Shown piece after piece: positions 33,233 through 46,200 of a stretch of 64,000 nt of DNA. A model generated the notes under the pieces. The model was not told the origin of the DNA and did no database searches. It was given only the letters and a program-made list of their open reading frames with translations. Origin of the DNA: Macrostomum hystrix (Eukaryota > Animalia > Platyhelminthes); the NCBI GenBank assembly GCA_950097015.1, contig CATNEN010000025.1:1302001-1366000 (forward strand). The letters are read 5' to 3'. How positions within the stretch are numbered: position 1 is the stretch's first letter; the number at the start of each line of letters is the position of its first letter. Both the position numbers and the translations under genes were made by a program.

Positions 33233-34244
33233 AAATAATATCTACGGTCGTAATCGTATTTTTAATTTGCCCTTCGGATGTCCAACTCTCAGTGTACATT
33301 TCCTGACCAGAAGAAGGTCTAAGTAGATGTAAACTTCTCCTGTGTAGAGCAAAGTGCTTCTAAGAAATCCTAACAGATTTAGTTTAAAATCTACAGACAT
33401 AAAAATCAATCGACCATCAAGTCCCAATGCCTCTAGAAGTTTTCCCATTCTATTTCTGACCAGGAATCAGAAAGTGCGGCAGAAAATTTCGAATGCTAAT
33501 TCCGTATAGGAATTTGTGGTCTGCGAGCCTGGGACTGCGCTCTATTGATACTCGTATTGGGATTCTGACAGCTTGCGGACCATAGAGTAAGAAGACGGGA
33601 GTTTGAGTTCCACTTTTATTGATTGACTGCCTGCCCCCTGGGTTACTTTGCCGACTCAATTGGCCTCCACTTTTGAGTCCGGCCCGCCTCATCCGACTGT
33701 CTCTACTCAGTTTGCCAGCACTGCTTGCCTTTCAATTCTGTTACTGAAATAGAATTGAATCTCCCTCTCACCTTTCCTCCCTCTCACACTCCCTCCCTCC
33801 CAACTTCCCTCTTTTCCTATTCCCCATCCCCTCATTCTCTCCTTCTCCCTCCCTCTCTCCTTCTCCCTCCCTCTCTCCTTCTCCCTCCATCTCTCCTTCT
33901 CCTCCCACTCTCCTGCTCTCCCTCTCATCCCTTCATTAGGAAAAGGGCTGCAAAAATTAACTGTTCGTTTCATGTAACGCATAAGGCAGCATATTTTTCA
34001 AATGGTTAGTAGCATTGTCCCACGAGAGTTTGAGTTGACTTTTAGGCCGACTAATTAACAATGCAGAAAAAATCTCTTTGAATATACTTTTTTAATCAAA
34101 TATCTTTCTAGATGCCTTAAACATTCGATTTAACGTTTTTGAAAATGCGATTTTAATAGCCAACTAACAGGCAGGGGAAATGATTAGTGATCAAGATTAG
34201 CGGGCCAGCCAGAATAGAGGGATTAACTACATTGTAAATGGATT

Positions 34245-34259
34245 TGCAGGCAAGCAGGC

Positions 34260-34296
<37 letters not shown>

Positions 34297-34352
34297 GGCA
34301 GACAGACAGACAGACAGACAGACAGGCAGACAGACAGACAGACAGACAGACA
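34245..34352. repeat. (AGAC)n microsatellite
   Basis: Lies just 3' of the DEG/ENaC stop. Confidence 0.95.
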
Positions 34353-34418
34353 GTGAAAATGCATTTTGCTCCGCTGAATTTGTCTAGAAGATCAGCGAGT
34401 TGGACCAAATCCTTGGAA

Positions 34419-36698
34419 TTACACCGGTGTCCGCTGACATCGATGTCTCGACTGGCTGAAGTCGATGCCACTTCGGCCGTCGTGACCGAGAATCTGCATG
34501 AGCTGCACCTCCTCGCAGGTGCCATCGTCGGGGTCGTCTTCTTCGCATTCATCAACGTCGGCCATCGGCGTGTTGACGCTGACGTCATTGTTGTCGCCAA
34601 TATTCTTAACTACCCTATCATTGACCGAGGCTGCTGCGGCGGCGGCAGTTGCAGCGGCGGCGGCGGCTGCCGCTGCGGCAACGAACGCTGACGCTGCCGG
34701 TCGGCGAAGACCGCCACTGACGCCGCCGACGCCATTCTGCCGGCGTCTCTGCTGCTGCAGCCGTTCCCGCCGGGTCAGATGGAGCGTCGCGCCCTGGACG
34801 CTCTTGATAACGAAAGTGACGAAGAAGTCGAGCAGTTCAACGAAGGTCACCAGGGACATGCCGGCCCAGAGGCCGAAGATGCCGCCCAGCTCGGAAAGCA
34901 CCTCAACCAGCGTGTAGGACGGCGACTCGCGCATCATTGTGCCCTTGGACTCCTCGGCGTAGACGTGCACTTTAACAAAGTTCTCGCGCACAAAGCGCAG
35001 GCTGATGTTCCAGGGGCTGTCAATGAGGCCGCCGCTCTCGGCTCCGAGGATCAGGTCAAGCAGGCGCAGGCCGTGATGCTGCCGACCACCTGGACGCTTG
35101 CCGGCAGTTTTGAGGAAGGTGTGCACGAAGGCCTCCAGATCGGAGGGTGACGGCCAGGGCACGCCGGCAGCCGCGTAGCTGTACCGGTCGCGTTGGCAGG
35201 CCTGCAGGCGGGAACAATCGGCCACGAACTTGTCTGAGAGGCCTGTCCGCACGGCGCCTTCGACCTTTTTGAAGCGCGCCAATTGGGCGGCCTTCTCCGC
35301 GGCGCTGAAGTTGCCTCCTGGTGGTCCGGTGGCAGCCACCCTGTGGCAGAGGTTGGCTCGGTTGCCAGTCGGCAGGAAGGTGGATTCGCAGCGGCAGCCG
35401 GCTCTCAGGTGAGCCTGCCACAGCTGCACTACGCAGTCCTGCAGTCGGCGCCTGAAGATCCGCTTGACATCGGGCTCGGACACCCAGTAGGCCACCCGGC
35501 CGTAGTCCTGCACGCAGCGGTGCCCGGTCCGGTTCACGTAGAGGTTGCGCGTCATTCGAAATCGAATGTAGGAGCTCCAGCCGTTGCCAACGTCCATGCC
35601 GTCCCAGTACAGGTGGGGATAGGTGTCCGGCTCGTGCAGCAGGACCCGAACCCCGCTGGAGGTCTGCATGCCAGCCTTGCCGAACACCGTGCCCAGCTGC
35701 TGCAGCACCGTCCGTTTCTCCCTGGGCGGATTGGTCACGTGATAATCGCCGGTTGGCGAAACCAGCTCCCTGGGCATGCTGCTGGTGTACAGGATGAGGT
35801 CCAGACCGTCGCCGGGTCCATTGCCCTGCACTGTGCGGTCCTGTGGCCTGAAGCTCCAGCAGTTCCAGTGGTGCGAGCTCTGCACCAGATGAAAGTCGCT
35901 TGGACGGCAGCGCGACTTCTTGTAGAAGCAGTCGACCAGGCCGAGGCTGATGTTGTAGCCGAGCTGTGCCGTTGGCTGGCTGGCCCAGTAGTGCTGCAGG
36001 AACTGGTACCAGTTGTAGTACTCCCGGCCGCTGAACAGGTCAGTAGGACCGTCCGCCCTCTTCGGGTACATCGCGGAGTAGATCGGCCTCAGCCTGTCCA
36101 ACAGTCTGGCCATGCTGGCTTCCGCCTCGGCCCTGGCCGGCGTGTCGTAGTGCGTGAGGGCCACGGGCATCGGGCGCAGGTTGCACAGCGTGACATCCGG
36201 GAACACGGTGTCCGCGCCCTGGTTCAGTATCAGCGTGTTGACTGGCGTCGTGTTGAACTGTCTGACGGTGAGGTAGGCGTGCAGACAGCCGGCCGCAGTT
36301 GTCAGACAGGCCAGGGTCAGCCAGAACAGGCGCCTGACATAGCTGTCAGCCCTGAACAGCTGCGCCACAGCGTGCATGCTGGTGTGGTCGGCGAACCGGC
36401 CGACGTACAGGAAGGCGCCGCGCATTGTGGCCCGCGGCCCGGCTCCGACGGCTCCCAATGCGCCGGGTGTTGAATTGGCATTGCCGGAGCTGGCCGAGGC
36501 CAGGTTGGCGACATTCGCGACGCCACGCGATCGAGCGATCAGCGCGGCTGCCGCGGCGGCAAGGAAGCGGTCTCGGCCGTGCATCACCGATGAGCCTCGG
36601 AGAACTGTGAACTGGCTGGCCTCACAGACTCTCGCAGCGCTGATAAGAGCAACTTTCAGTTGGAGAGTGCGCTCTGATTGGCTGGCATAGCTAGCCAT
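34419..36698 (-). CDS. DEG/ENaC family amiloride-sensitive cation channel (intronless, 759 aa)
   Basis: RRLFW before TM1, FPDVTLCN, GLDLILY, GVRVLLHEPDTYP, a Cys-rich thumb, and TM2 SELGGIFGLWAGMSLVTFVELLDF with a G-x-S filter. Confidence 0.95.
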   Translation of the reverse strand: MASYASQSERTLQLKVALISAARVCEASQFTVLRGSSVMHGRDRFLAAAAAALIARSRGVANVANLASASSGNANSTPGALGAVGAGPRATMRGAFLYVGRFADHTSMHAVAQLFRADSYVRRLFWLTLACLTTAAGCLHAYLTVRQFNTTPVNTLILNQGADTVFPDVTLCNLRPMPVALTHYDTPARAEAEASMARLLDRLRPIYSAMYPKRADGPTDLFSGREYYNWYQFLQHYWASQPTAQLGYNISLGLVDCFYKKSRCRPSDFHLVQSSHHWNCWSFRPQDRTVQGNGPGDGLDLILYTSSMPRELVSPTGDYHVTNPPREKRTVLQQLGTVFGKAGMQTSSGVRVLLHEPDTYPHLYWDGMDVGNGWSSYIRFRMTRNLYVNRTGHRCVQDYGRVAYWVSEPDVKRIFRRRLQDCVVQLWQAHLRAGCRCESTFLPTGNRANLCHRVAATGPPGGNFSAAEKAAQLARFKKVEGAVRTGLSDKFVADCSRLQACQRDRYSYAAAGVPWPSPSDLEAFVHTFLKTAGKRPGGRQHHGLRLLDLILGAESGGLIDSPWNISLRFVRENFVKVHVYAEESKGTMMRESPSYTLVEVLSELGGIFGLWAGMSLVTFVELLDFFVTFVIKSVQGATLHLTRRERLQQQRRRQNGVGGVSGGLRRPAASAFVAAAAAAAAAATAAAAAASVNDRVVKNIGDNNDVSVNTPMADVDECEEDDPDDGTCEEVQLMQILGHDGRSGIDFSQSRHRCQRTPV

Positions 36699-36909
36699 GT
36701 TTAGCTGGCAGAATAATTTATAAGTCTGGCATCCAGTTTGCGGCCAACTTTCGACCTAGAATTATATTAATTTACCTAATTGAACAAACCAGGAAAAGTG
36801 TTGGAAATCAGTTCATAAAATTTGTTGTGTTTCTGAAGGTCACTGAAGGCGGGGCCGTTGCACACAAATTTAATTTTACAATGGTGGCGACTTCTTAATT
36901 AATTGCTAT

Positions 36910-37615
36910 CTTAAACTGCACATTCCCTAAACTGCACATTCCCTAAACTGCACATTCACTAAACTGCACATTCCCTAAACTGCACATTCCCTAAACTGCA
37001 CATTCCCTAAACTGCACATTCCCTAAACTGCACATTCCCTAAACTGCACATTCCCTAAACTGCACATTCCCTAAACTGCACATTCCCTAAACTGCACATT
37101 CTCTAAACTGCACATTCCCTTAACTGCACATTCCTTAAACTGCACATTCCCTAAACTGAATATTCACTAAACTGCACATTCCCTAAACTGCACATTCCCT
37201 TAACTGCACATTCCCTTAACTGCACATTCCCTAAACTGCACATTCCCTAAACTGCACATTCCCTTAACTGCACATTCTCTAAACTGCACATTCCCTAAAC
37301 TACACATTCCCTAAACTACACATTCCCTAAACTGCACATTCCCTAAACTGCACATTCCTTAAACTGCACATTCCCTAAACTGAATATTCACTAAACTGCA
37401 CATTCCCTAAACTGCACATTCCCTAAACTGCACATTCCCTTAACTGCACATTCTCTAAACTGCACATTCCCTAAACTGCACATTCCCTTAACTGCACATT
37501 CTCTAAACTGCACATTCCCTAAACTACACATTCCCTAAACTACACATTCCCTAAACTGCACATTCCCTAAACTGCACATTCCCTAAACTGCACATTCCCT
37601 AAACTGAATATTCTT
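36910..37615. repeat. 16-bp minisatellite (CTAAACTGCACATTCC)
   Basis: About 43 copies upstream of the DEG/ENaC start. Confidence 0.97.
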
Positions 37616-38344
37616 TAAATTGCTAATATGTTTTTAATGATATGTTCTCGTACTATTGCAGTAACACAACACTAAACAGTAACACACCACGGAAGATCAC
37701 ATTTTTTAATGTGAAGCAACATAATAATATGAAGCAAAACATGATGGTTATATAAGCTTTATTTTTTTAATCTTGTTATTTAAAATTATCTTCAAAATTT
37801 TCGCCCAGACAAAACTCTTCATTATTGGCCAGAATCGAATCCGGATTAGACCGGTTATTTGTTGGCGCCGGCTTATCATTTGCCCAGCTAGTGAGATCGT
37901 GTTAAAACACTGTCAGTCCTGGCAAAGCATTGCCCAGTGATAGAATCTCTTTAGCCAAACCAACGCCTTGTGACAGGCTCCCATGCAGTTTTAGACGCAC
38001 TGGTTTACAATGCGGCTTGGCTGTTTAGTGCTTGAACATAAGCAACTTAGAAAAGGCGCGCTCTTTCGAGTTTAAGTAGATTGGATTAGCTCCGCGAATA
38101 GAATACTGCGAGCCTGCTCGAGATTTCAATTGGATCGACAGTGAGTTGAGTCGGATTCTGTCTGATGTACTTTTATACAATAATACGATCGAGCAGAATG
38201 CCAGCGAGATGTCTATTTTAACTACAGGGACCAAAATTAGCACATTCCTTGAGCTAAAGCCTTATTGTACTTTTCTTTGACCCACTGCACAAAAATTTAG
38301 GAGCAAAAAAAATTTGCTCATCAAAAATGAGCAAACCTAATATA

Positions 38345-39052
38345 AGCCCACTGAGCACACCGACTTTGAGCGAACTGAGCTCACCCACTTTGAACCCACT
38401 GAGCACACCGACTTTGAACACACTGAGCACATTGGCTTTGAATCCACTGAGCACAACCACTGAGAACCCACTGAGCACACCCACCTACTTTGAGCCAACT
38501 GAGCACACCCACTGAGAACCCACTGAGCAAACCGACTTTGAACACACTGAGCACATTGGCTTTGAATCCACTGAGCACAACCGCTGAGAACCCACTGAGC
38601 ACACCCACCTACTTTGAGCCAACTGAGCACACCCACTGAGAACCCACTGAGCAAACCGACTTTGAACACACTGAGCACATTGGCTTTGAATCCACTGAGC
38701 ACAACCACTGAGAACCCACTGAGCACACCCACATACTTTGAGCCAACTGAGCACACCCACTGAGAACCCACTGAGCATAACCACTGAGAACCCACTGAGC
38801 AAACCGACTTTGAACACACTGAGCACATTGGCTTTGAATCCACTGAGCACAACCACTGAGAACCCACTGAGCACACCCACATACTTTGAGCCAACTGAGC
38901 ACACCCACTGAGAACCCACTGAGCATAACCACTGAGAACCCACTGAGCATAACCACTGAAAACCCGCTGAGCACACCCACATACTTTGAGCCAACTGAGC
39001 ACACCCACTGAGAACCCACTGAGCATAACCATTGAGAACCCACTGAGCACGC
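38345..39052. repeat. Complex minisatellite of CACTGAG modules with about 124-bp higher-order unit
   Basis: CCGACTTTGAACACAC recurs at 38408, 38532, 38656 and 38804. Confidence 0.92.
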
Positions 39053-39113
39053 ACGCTAAATAACCCAACGATCGACCTCAACAGACAGACGCCATTCTGC
39101 AAGGACTGCCACA

Positions 39114-41964
39114 ATGCTACTTCGCCTGGGTCGTCGTTTAGCTCTGGCCCGTCCACTGTCCACAGGAGCTGGGAATGCTGGTAGAAGCAAGGTGGACGAC
39201 ATCGACAGCGGCATCGACTTCCTAGACCACCGGGCGGTGCAGCAGGCCAAGTCCAGAGCAGAGCTCATTCGCGCACTGGCCGTGCTGCGCGCCTGCTCGG
39301 TGGACGCTTTCGTCAGCCGCGCTCTTCTCTGGATGCGCCTCGGCCGCAGGGTGCTCGGCCGGAGCTACTTCGACGCCCTGATGCGGCGCAGCTTCTTCGG
39401 CCAGTTTGTCGGTGGCGAAACCGAGGCCGAGCTGCGCCAGACTGCCGAGGCACAGCGGCGCCAGGGCCTCAGGCCGATGATCGCTGTGCCGATGGAGGAG
39501 CCGGTTGGCAAACTGCTTGAAGAAGAGCTGACGCGACTGTACGAGGAGAACACCGCCAAACAGGTGAGTTGGGTGGGCATTGGAAAGGAGACCTGAGTGG
39601 ATTAAGGAGTGGTGTGACACGATGTGGGTATGGAGTGAGGTGGGTATGGAGTGAGGTGGGTATGGAGTGAGGTGGGTATGGAGTGAGGTGGGTATGGAGT
39701 GAGGTGGGTATGGAGTGAGGTGGGTATGGAGTGAGGTGGGTATGGAGTGAGGAGGGTATGGAGTGTGGTATAGGAATGGTGTGAGTTGGGTATGGATAGG
39801 ACTTGTAGGATGAACTTTCAATAATTATAGAAGTGGCAAATCTCGGCCCCTTTTCCCGCGAGTTGTAGCGCATAGGTGAACATTACTAAGTATGAGATCA
39901 ACCTATATCTATATGAGATCAACCAAAACGGTTGTCTAAGAACACAATCTACCTCGTATGTCCTGACTTGTATTAATTTCGGATAAGTAACAAGGCCATG
40001 TAAAGCTCGTGCATAATTACAATTTTAATAAATTACGTCTTCTTGATTCCAATAAGCAGGAAAGAAAGACTTAATAATTTCCATTTGATTAATGAGTGAT
40101 TCCGAAGCACCAAGGACTTGACTGGGCATAATACGACTGAAATTGTATTAAGGAGCAGGCAGGCAACGGCGTACTGCAATGATTTCCTATCTGGGAGTTC
40201 GTAAGCTGGCCCTATACCATGCCTGTCTGTCTGGCGTTCTGGGGAGATCATTCACCGGAGGCTGTGAGCTCCGGCTTTTCTTGAGCCGAAGGGCGAAAGG
40301 CAAATTTAAGGTTTGAGGGCTGCCGTAGGCAGAAATTTTTTATGAGACGGAAAATTGTTCGATTTAAAAGTAATAGTTATGCTAATTTTGAGCGGTATTT
40401 TCAATTATAGTAAATTTAGACTATTTCTAATTTCTAATGCGTGCAACCCTGGTACTCCCCTTCTTCGTTTTTTGTGCACTTGTTGTTGCTATGCTGAATA
40501 ATTTTATTAGAATTCTTTTTCCAGGGGGAAGATAGTGTGATCTTTCTACTCTGAAATAATTCTTGAAAAGTATAGAATTAATTGTTTATTTAAAATGTAA
40601 TCCAGAGGGGACTCAACCTTATAGTCATTCATGCGCTCCAAGTCACGTGGGGATCACACCATCTGTGCGTGATAAGAATTTATTTACGGGCCTGGATTTT
40701 CTAGCGATGCTAAAAATAGAACAGTCGATTCCTATGGCCCTCCGATTGAAGATGCACACCATGAAAAATGTATGACAGACCTTGCGCTTAAATCTTCAGC
40801 AACACTCTGCGATATCCAACAGGTGCGCGCGGTGGAGCTATCTGCCGAGCTCAACAACAATCGCCCGAAGATGCAGCTAAAGCTGACCTCCCTCATGCCT
40901 ACGTCGCTGTTGTTGGCGCTGGCCAGCCGACGCAACGTCGAGGATGCCGACGCAGCCGCAGCGGCGCTGACGGAGCTGCTTCTAGAGGCTGGAAATACCG
41001 GCTCGGAGAGGCGACAGACGCTCCACCGTCTACTATTGCCAGCTGTCGATGACAGCGAACGCGCTCGACTCTCCGACCAGCTGACGTCGGGCATCGGCAG
41101 GGTTCGACGAGTCTTCGACGCCGCCAGACGGCACTCTGTGCAGATCCTGATCGACGCCGAGTACAGCCACATCAACACCGGCCTGTCGCTATTCTACCTG
41201 GCCTTGGCCAGTCTTTACAATGCCGGCGAGCATTGCCTGGTGTACAACACCTACCAGTGCTACCTGAGAGACGCGCTTCACGAGTACGCCTGGCAGACGG
41301 ACCTGCTGCTTGGAAAGCGCCGCGGAGTGCGAGCCGGTGCCAAAATTGTGCGCGGCGCCTACCTGGACTGGGAGAATCGCCGCGGAGCCGAGCTCAACGC
41401 GGTGAGTGAGTCAATTGCTCAGCTATTTGAGCACTGGAGCACTACAAAAGCTTTTGCTAAAGTACTTCGGTCCTTGTCATGAAAATTACCATGCTGTCGG
41501 TGTATCGCTCGCCTCAAGTCATCAAGTCATTCACTTTTAATCTTGATTAGGGTCAAAGCCGTGCATGGAGTAGCCACGAAGAGACCAACGACTCGTACAA
41601 CCGCGTAGTTGCTAAGGCCCTAGATCGCATAGCAACCGAAGGCGGCAATTCAAGCCGGCACGAAATGATTTTGGCCACGCACAACACTCGCAGTATTAAC
41701 CTGTGCCTAGATGGCATGCGACGCAGGTGCGTCTCATTGAATAGCGGCGTTGTGTCATTCGGCCAGCTGTACGGCATGGCTGACTACATCTCCATACCGC
41801 TCGGCCGAGCCGGCTGTCAGGTGTACAAGTCCATTCCGTACGGCAGCGTGGAGGAGACTCTGCCCTATCTGGTGCGGCGGGCCAGCGAGAACAAGCTCAT
41901 CTTTGGCGGCGTGCGAGAGGAGCGGAATGTACTGCGGTCGGCGCTGTGGACTGGACGGTCCTAA
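39114..41964 (+). CDS. PRODH2: Mitochondrial proline/hydroxyproline dehydrogenase (PRODH2-like), 480 aa
   Basis: Exons 39114-39563, 40823-41401, 41551-41964 (phase 0). Arg/Leu-rich presequence; FFGQFVGGE, LIDAEY, YNTYQCYL, GAKIVRGAYL, ATHN, FGQLYGM, YKSIPYG, LPYLVRRASEN. Confidence 0.92.
39622..39795. repeat. 16-bp G-rich minisatellite in PRODH intron 1
   Basis: TATGGAGTGAGGTGGG tandem copies. Confidence 0.9.
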
Positions 41965-42204
41965 AGACCCTGCGCCAAGTCTGGCCTCTTCATCTTTGCT
42001 CGCTGAAAGATCGCAAACAGGATTCAGGGCTTCGGTTAGATGAGATTTACTCACCTGAGGATCAGGAAATATGACAGCTTGAAGCTTGATGCTAACCGAT
42101 GCTGTGCAAGTGAATTTGCCTGTTCAAGCTGGGGATCTGTGGTCTTGAATGTTAAGACCAGGGATGGGGATCAGGGATATTGAATTTGGAACATGGGATC
42201 GTGC

Positions 42205-42336
42205 AGTAGATAGGGCGGTGGACCTTCCCGAAAATCGGTCATTCTGTTTGGGAGCTGTCGCGAAGTGGGCAGTGGGTATTTGAAATGCCCCGAGGTATTT
42301 TCACCAGACCAAAAATAGCGACTATTTCTACTGTTA
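42205..42336. mobile_element. Degenerate copy of TTAA-MITE family
   Basis: Begins CAGTAGATAG, contains TTTGGGAGCTGTCGCGAA and GGGTATTTGAAAT, ends TTTCTACTGTTAA. Confidence 0.55.
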
Positions 42337-43230
42337 ATCAAAAAGCAGGATGATTTTATAAGAGTGCCTTCACCAAGGCAGTCAATAATTGTGCTACTTT
42401 TTTAACTAAAAACTGTTGTAAATCCTTTCGATATTTAAATCATTGATTATCAATATGCAGTCTACAAAATGACACTTTAATCACACACGAACAACACTTG
42501 AATGGTTGATGATTGTCAAGCGGATCATGCGAGCGACAAGAAATTAACTGACAGCTTTGTTATAAGAACCGTGTTGTTTTATATACCGCTTAATTATTAA
42601 TGATAATGAGTGATGCTATCCGGGTTTATTGTTCTTGAATTTCTTCCTCTGTTTATTCGCATTCAGAATTGAACAAAAAACTAATACTCAAATTGTACTA
42701 CTCATTTCAGTAGCATTAAATAAATTAGCGGAATGGGATTTATTTGAAAACGAAATGATTTACGAGCAATTTAGTCTTTAGAAATATACGATGCAAATGT
42801 ACTTTAATTTTTTCTACTCCCGGATAACAAATGACGAAGAAAATAAAGTAAAATATATCAACATTTCTGCTTTCAAACTGACTTTTTAAACAATGTAATT
42901 GATGAGATTGTCAAATCAAAGCAGAAGCAGACATATAGAATTAAACGACTTTTAATTCTGAATAAAAAAACGAATTAAGGTCTGGATAATCAGAAAGATT
43001 ATATTAGCGATCGAATCATATCACCTAGAGACTTTAGGGGGGACTTCAGGAATAAAACAGTCGTACAGTTACAATTGAAACTGGATGGAGCACATGTTAA
43101 TAATATGCACGCGTGCAGTTAAAAATGATCAGACTTAGATTGGTCGATTATTAATCAATGGGAAAATTTCTGTCAAAAAATAGAATAAAATTCTCCCCCT
43201 GTGCATCGGGCGGCGTTAATTTGAAGGATT

Positions 43231-46200
43231 TCAAAGCGGCTTCTTCTCAGTGTAGGCTGGCGGCGGAGCTGACGGAGTCGCAGCGGCCTGGTGCGGAGCT
43301 GAGCCAGCGTAGTAGGCGCTCTGAGAATGCAGCGAAGATTTAGGGTTAGGGATTGCGGATTAAGTGTTAGGGATTGACGATTAAGGGTTAGGGATTGAGG
43401 ATTAAGGGTTAGGGATTAGGGATTAATGGTTAGGGATCGACGATTGAGGATAAGGGATTAAGGATTAAGGGTTAGGGATTAAGGATTAATGGTTAGGGAT
43501 TGGGGATTAAGGGTTAGGAATTCGGGATTAAGGGTTAGGGATAAAGGATTTAGGGTGACGGGTTGAGGGTCAAGAGTGAGGGGGTTGAGGAGTTAGGGTG
43601 GAGGGGTTGAGGATTTATAGTGAGGGGATTGAGGATTTAGGATTAGGTATTGAGGATTAAAGGTTTAAGGCGTGGAGGATTAAGGGTTGGGGATTGAGGA
43701 TTAAGGGTTAGGGATTGGGGATTAAGGGTTAGGAATTCGGGATTAAGGGTTAGGGATAAAGGATTTATGGTGACGGGTTGAGGATTTATAGTGAGGGGAT
43801 TGAGGATTTATGGTGAGGGGATTGAGGATTTATGGTGAGGGGATTGAAGATTTATGGTGAGGGGATTGAGGATTTAGGGTGAGGGAGTTGAGGATTTATG
43901 GTGAGGGGATTAAAGATAAAGGGTGAGGGGATTGAGATAATTAAGATCGAAGACCTGACTGAGAAGTTAGGTGGGAGACATCCTACCAAAGGATTTTTTG
44001 ACTGCTAAGAAAAGCTCCGTATATAAACAGGTTAAATAATGATTTAAGATACTTAAAATGGATTACCTGCACAGGTGGGTACGGCGGCTGCTGCTGTGTC
44101 GGATACGGCGGCGGCGGAGCCGCGCCAGGATACGGTGGTGGCGCTGGCGTCATGTACACGTAATTAGGCGGCGGCGGGCCGAACGCTTCGTGGCTGGGCA
44201 CAAAGCCGTAGATTGGGCCGTCGGCAGCGTACTGAGCAGGCGGCGGGCAGTACAGCTGGGCCGGATCGAAGGCGGCATATGCCGGCGGCGCCTGATACGA
44301 AATAAAAGGCATGTAAGACAGTCGGAGATAAATGGTAGCCTGGAGTCCTGGACTCTTAACGTAACTTGCGTTACTTGTAACTTGCGTTACTTGTAACTTG
44401 CGTTACTTGTAAATTGCGTTACTTGTAACTTGCGTTACTTGTAACTTGCGTTACTTGTAACTTGCGTTACTTGTAACTTGCGTTACTTGTAACTTGCGTT
44501 ACTTGTAACTTACGTTACTTGTAACTTGCGTTACTTGTAACTTACGGCGCAGGCTTTTAAGTCTAAGGTGCGTTTATGTCTGACCTGAAATCCATGGCGA
44601 TTGGCGTTGGCTCGTCGTCCGGCCTCCAGCAGACACTGGGCGAACTCGATGGCGCCGCCCCGATTGAAGGTGACGCTAAAGTGCGCCATGCCAGTAAAGC
44701 CGCCATCTGGCTCTGGAGCAGCTTTGCCTTCGATCCGATTGGCGCCAAAGATTGGCTGCTTCACCTCCACCTGCTTCATGTTGAGCAGCGGCATCGATAT
44801 GGACTTTACCGGACCGGACTTGCAAATACAGATGGTCTAAAATAAAAATGGTGTTTCGCAATAAGTATTAATAACATGACGAGGCATTTAACGAAGTAAT
44901 TAACAGCTTAGTTACTCCTGCTGTTTACTTAATCGGTTTTAAAGAAAAACTTTAATCGATTAAAATGGTCCACCAGTTTTATAATTTTATGTAAATATGT
45001 AATTAGATAGTGACAAATAATAAAACTTACCCTATGAGATGTTAAGAAAATTGTGCCTTTGCTTGTAGAAGATAGCTGTGGCTGATTGTCAAACTTCAGT
45101 TGAATTTCACATCCATCATAGAAGATTAACAGCCTAGAAATTGGGGATTTGTCATGTATAAAGAATTAGCTATGTGCTACCAAAATATTTTTGTAGTGAA
45201 ATGTAAACACTAACAGTCAAAAAACTTATTTAATTGAAACACACAAAGAGACTAAAAGTAATTTCATAAAATGTTTTTATAAAGAATTGCTGCAAGCACT
45301 GAGCTTATTGAATTACTCTTTGAAAACTAAATTCTAATATATAACACCTGAATTAGTTTATTTTGACTTCAATTTAGTTTAATCAATTATCACACTTATA
45401 TCAGTATTTGTATTTATACAAAATTTATTACAGGGAATTTATTTATAAAGCTATATTCAATTACTTTGGCAGCAAAAAGCATCTTAGTGACAAGACAATG
45501 CATATAAATATTTTGAATGAAGCTTATTTTGAAGGTTTTTGAATGAATCACTCTTGTATATTGATGAGAGAAGACCAGAAGACTAACAAAAGCTTTAGTT
45601 GTATCTGATCATATTTAATATTTTACCATAATAGCTTATAACTAAAATGTTACAAAGAACAGTGGCATAACAAGTACAACAGATCTAGGTAGGGTAGGCA
45701 AAGACTAGAGACTAACTTTTTATGGAGTTAGGGATCTATAGCTATCCATGTGAGTATATTTAACATTTAATATTTAGGTAGTTGTCATTTGTCCAGTTAA
45801 CCAGACAAATAGCCATTTGATTATTCATCCGGTTAACAGGTTAACCACCCAAGGACTTAATTTCTTCCCTTTCAATGAGTAGGAGCAACAATCCTCCCAA
45901 AGACCACTCTTGCCCTGCTGAGAGCCATCTTGAGTCTTGACCTCAAGACCAAACAATACCCTTAAACTAAGTTAGGGGCCTAGTCCCTAAAACAACCAAA
46001 TTTCTGGAAAAGTTTTTAATTTTTTTAATTAGCTGATAGCTCAGTCAGTAAGGTGTCGGACTCTGGATCAGATGGTCCTAGGTTCGACTCCCGACCTAGT
46101 CTAGAACTATTTGTGCAGCCTTTGGCAAGCTGCTTTGCCCTGATGTGCACACAGTCTACTCAGCTGCAAATGAGTACCAACATTTTCTTGGGTAATAATA

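Noticed and set aside
33242-33720. Possible decayed transposase or retroelement coding remnant (also 30720-31280)
   Set aside because: Fragmented frames with no recognisable motif; cannot be supported without a search.
34498-36690. Plus-strand ORFs overlapping DEG/ENaC, and antisense ORFs over other GC-rich exons
   Set aside because: Shadow ORFs expected opposite GC-rich coding sequence; no motifs.
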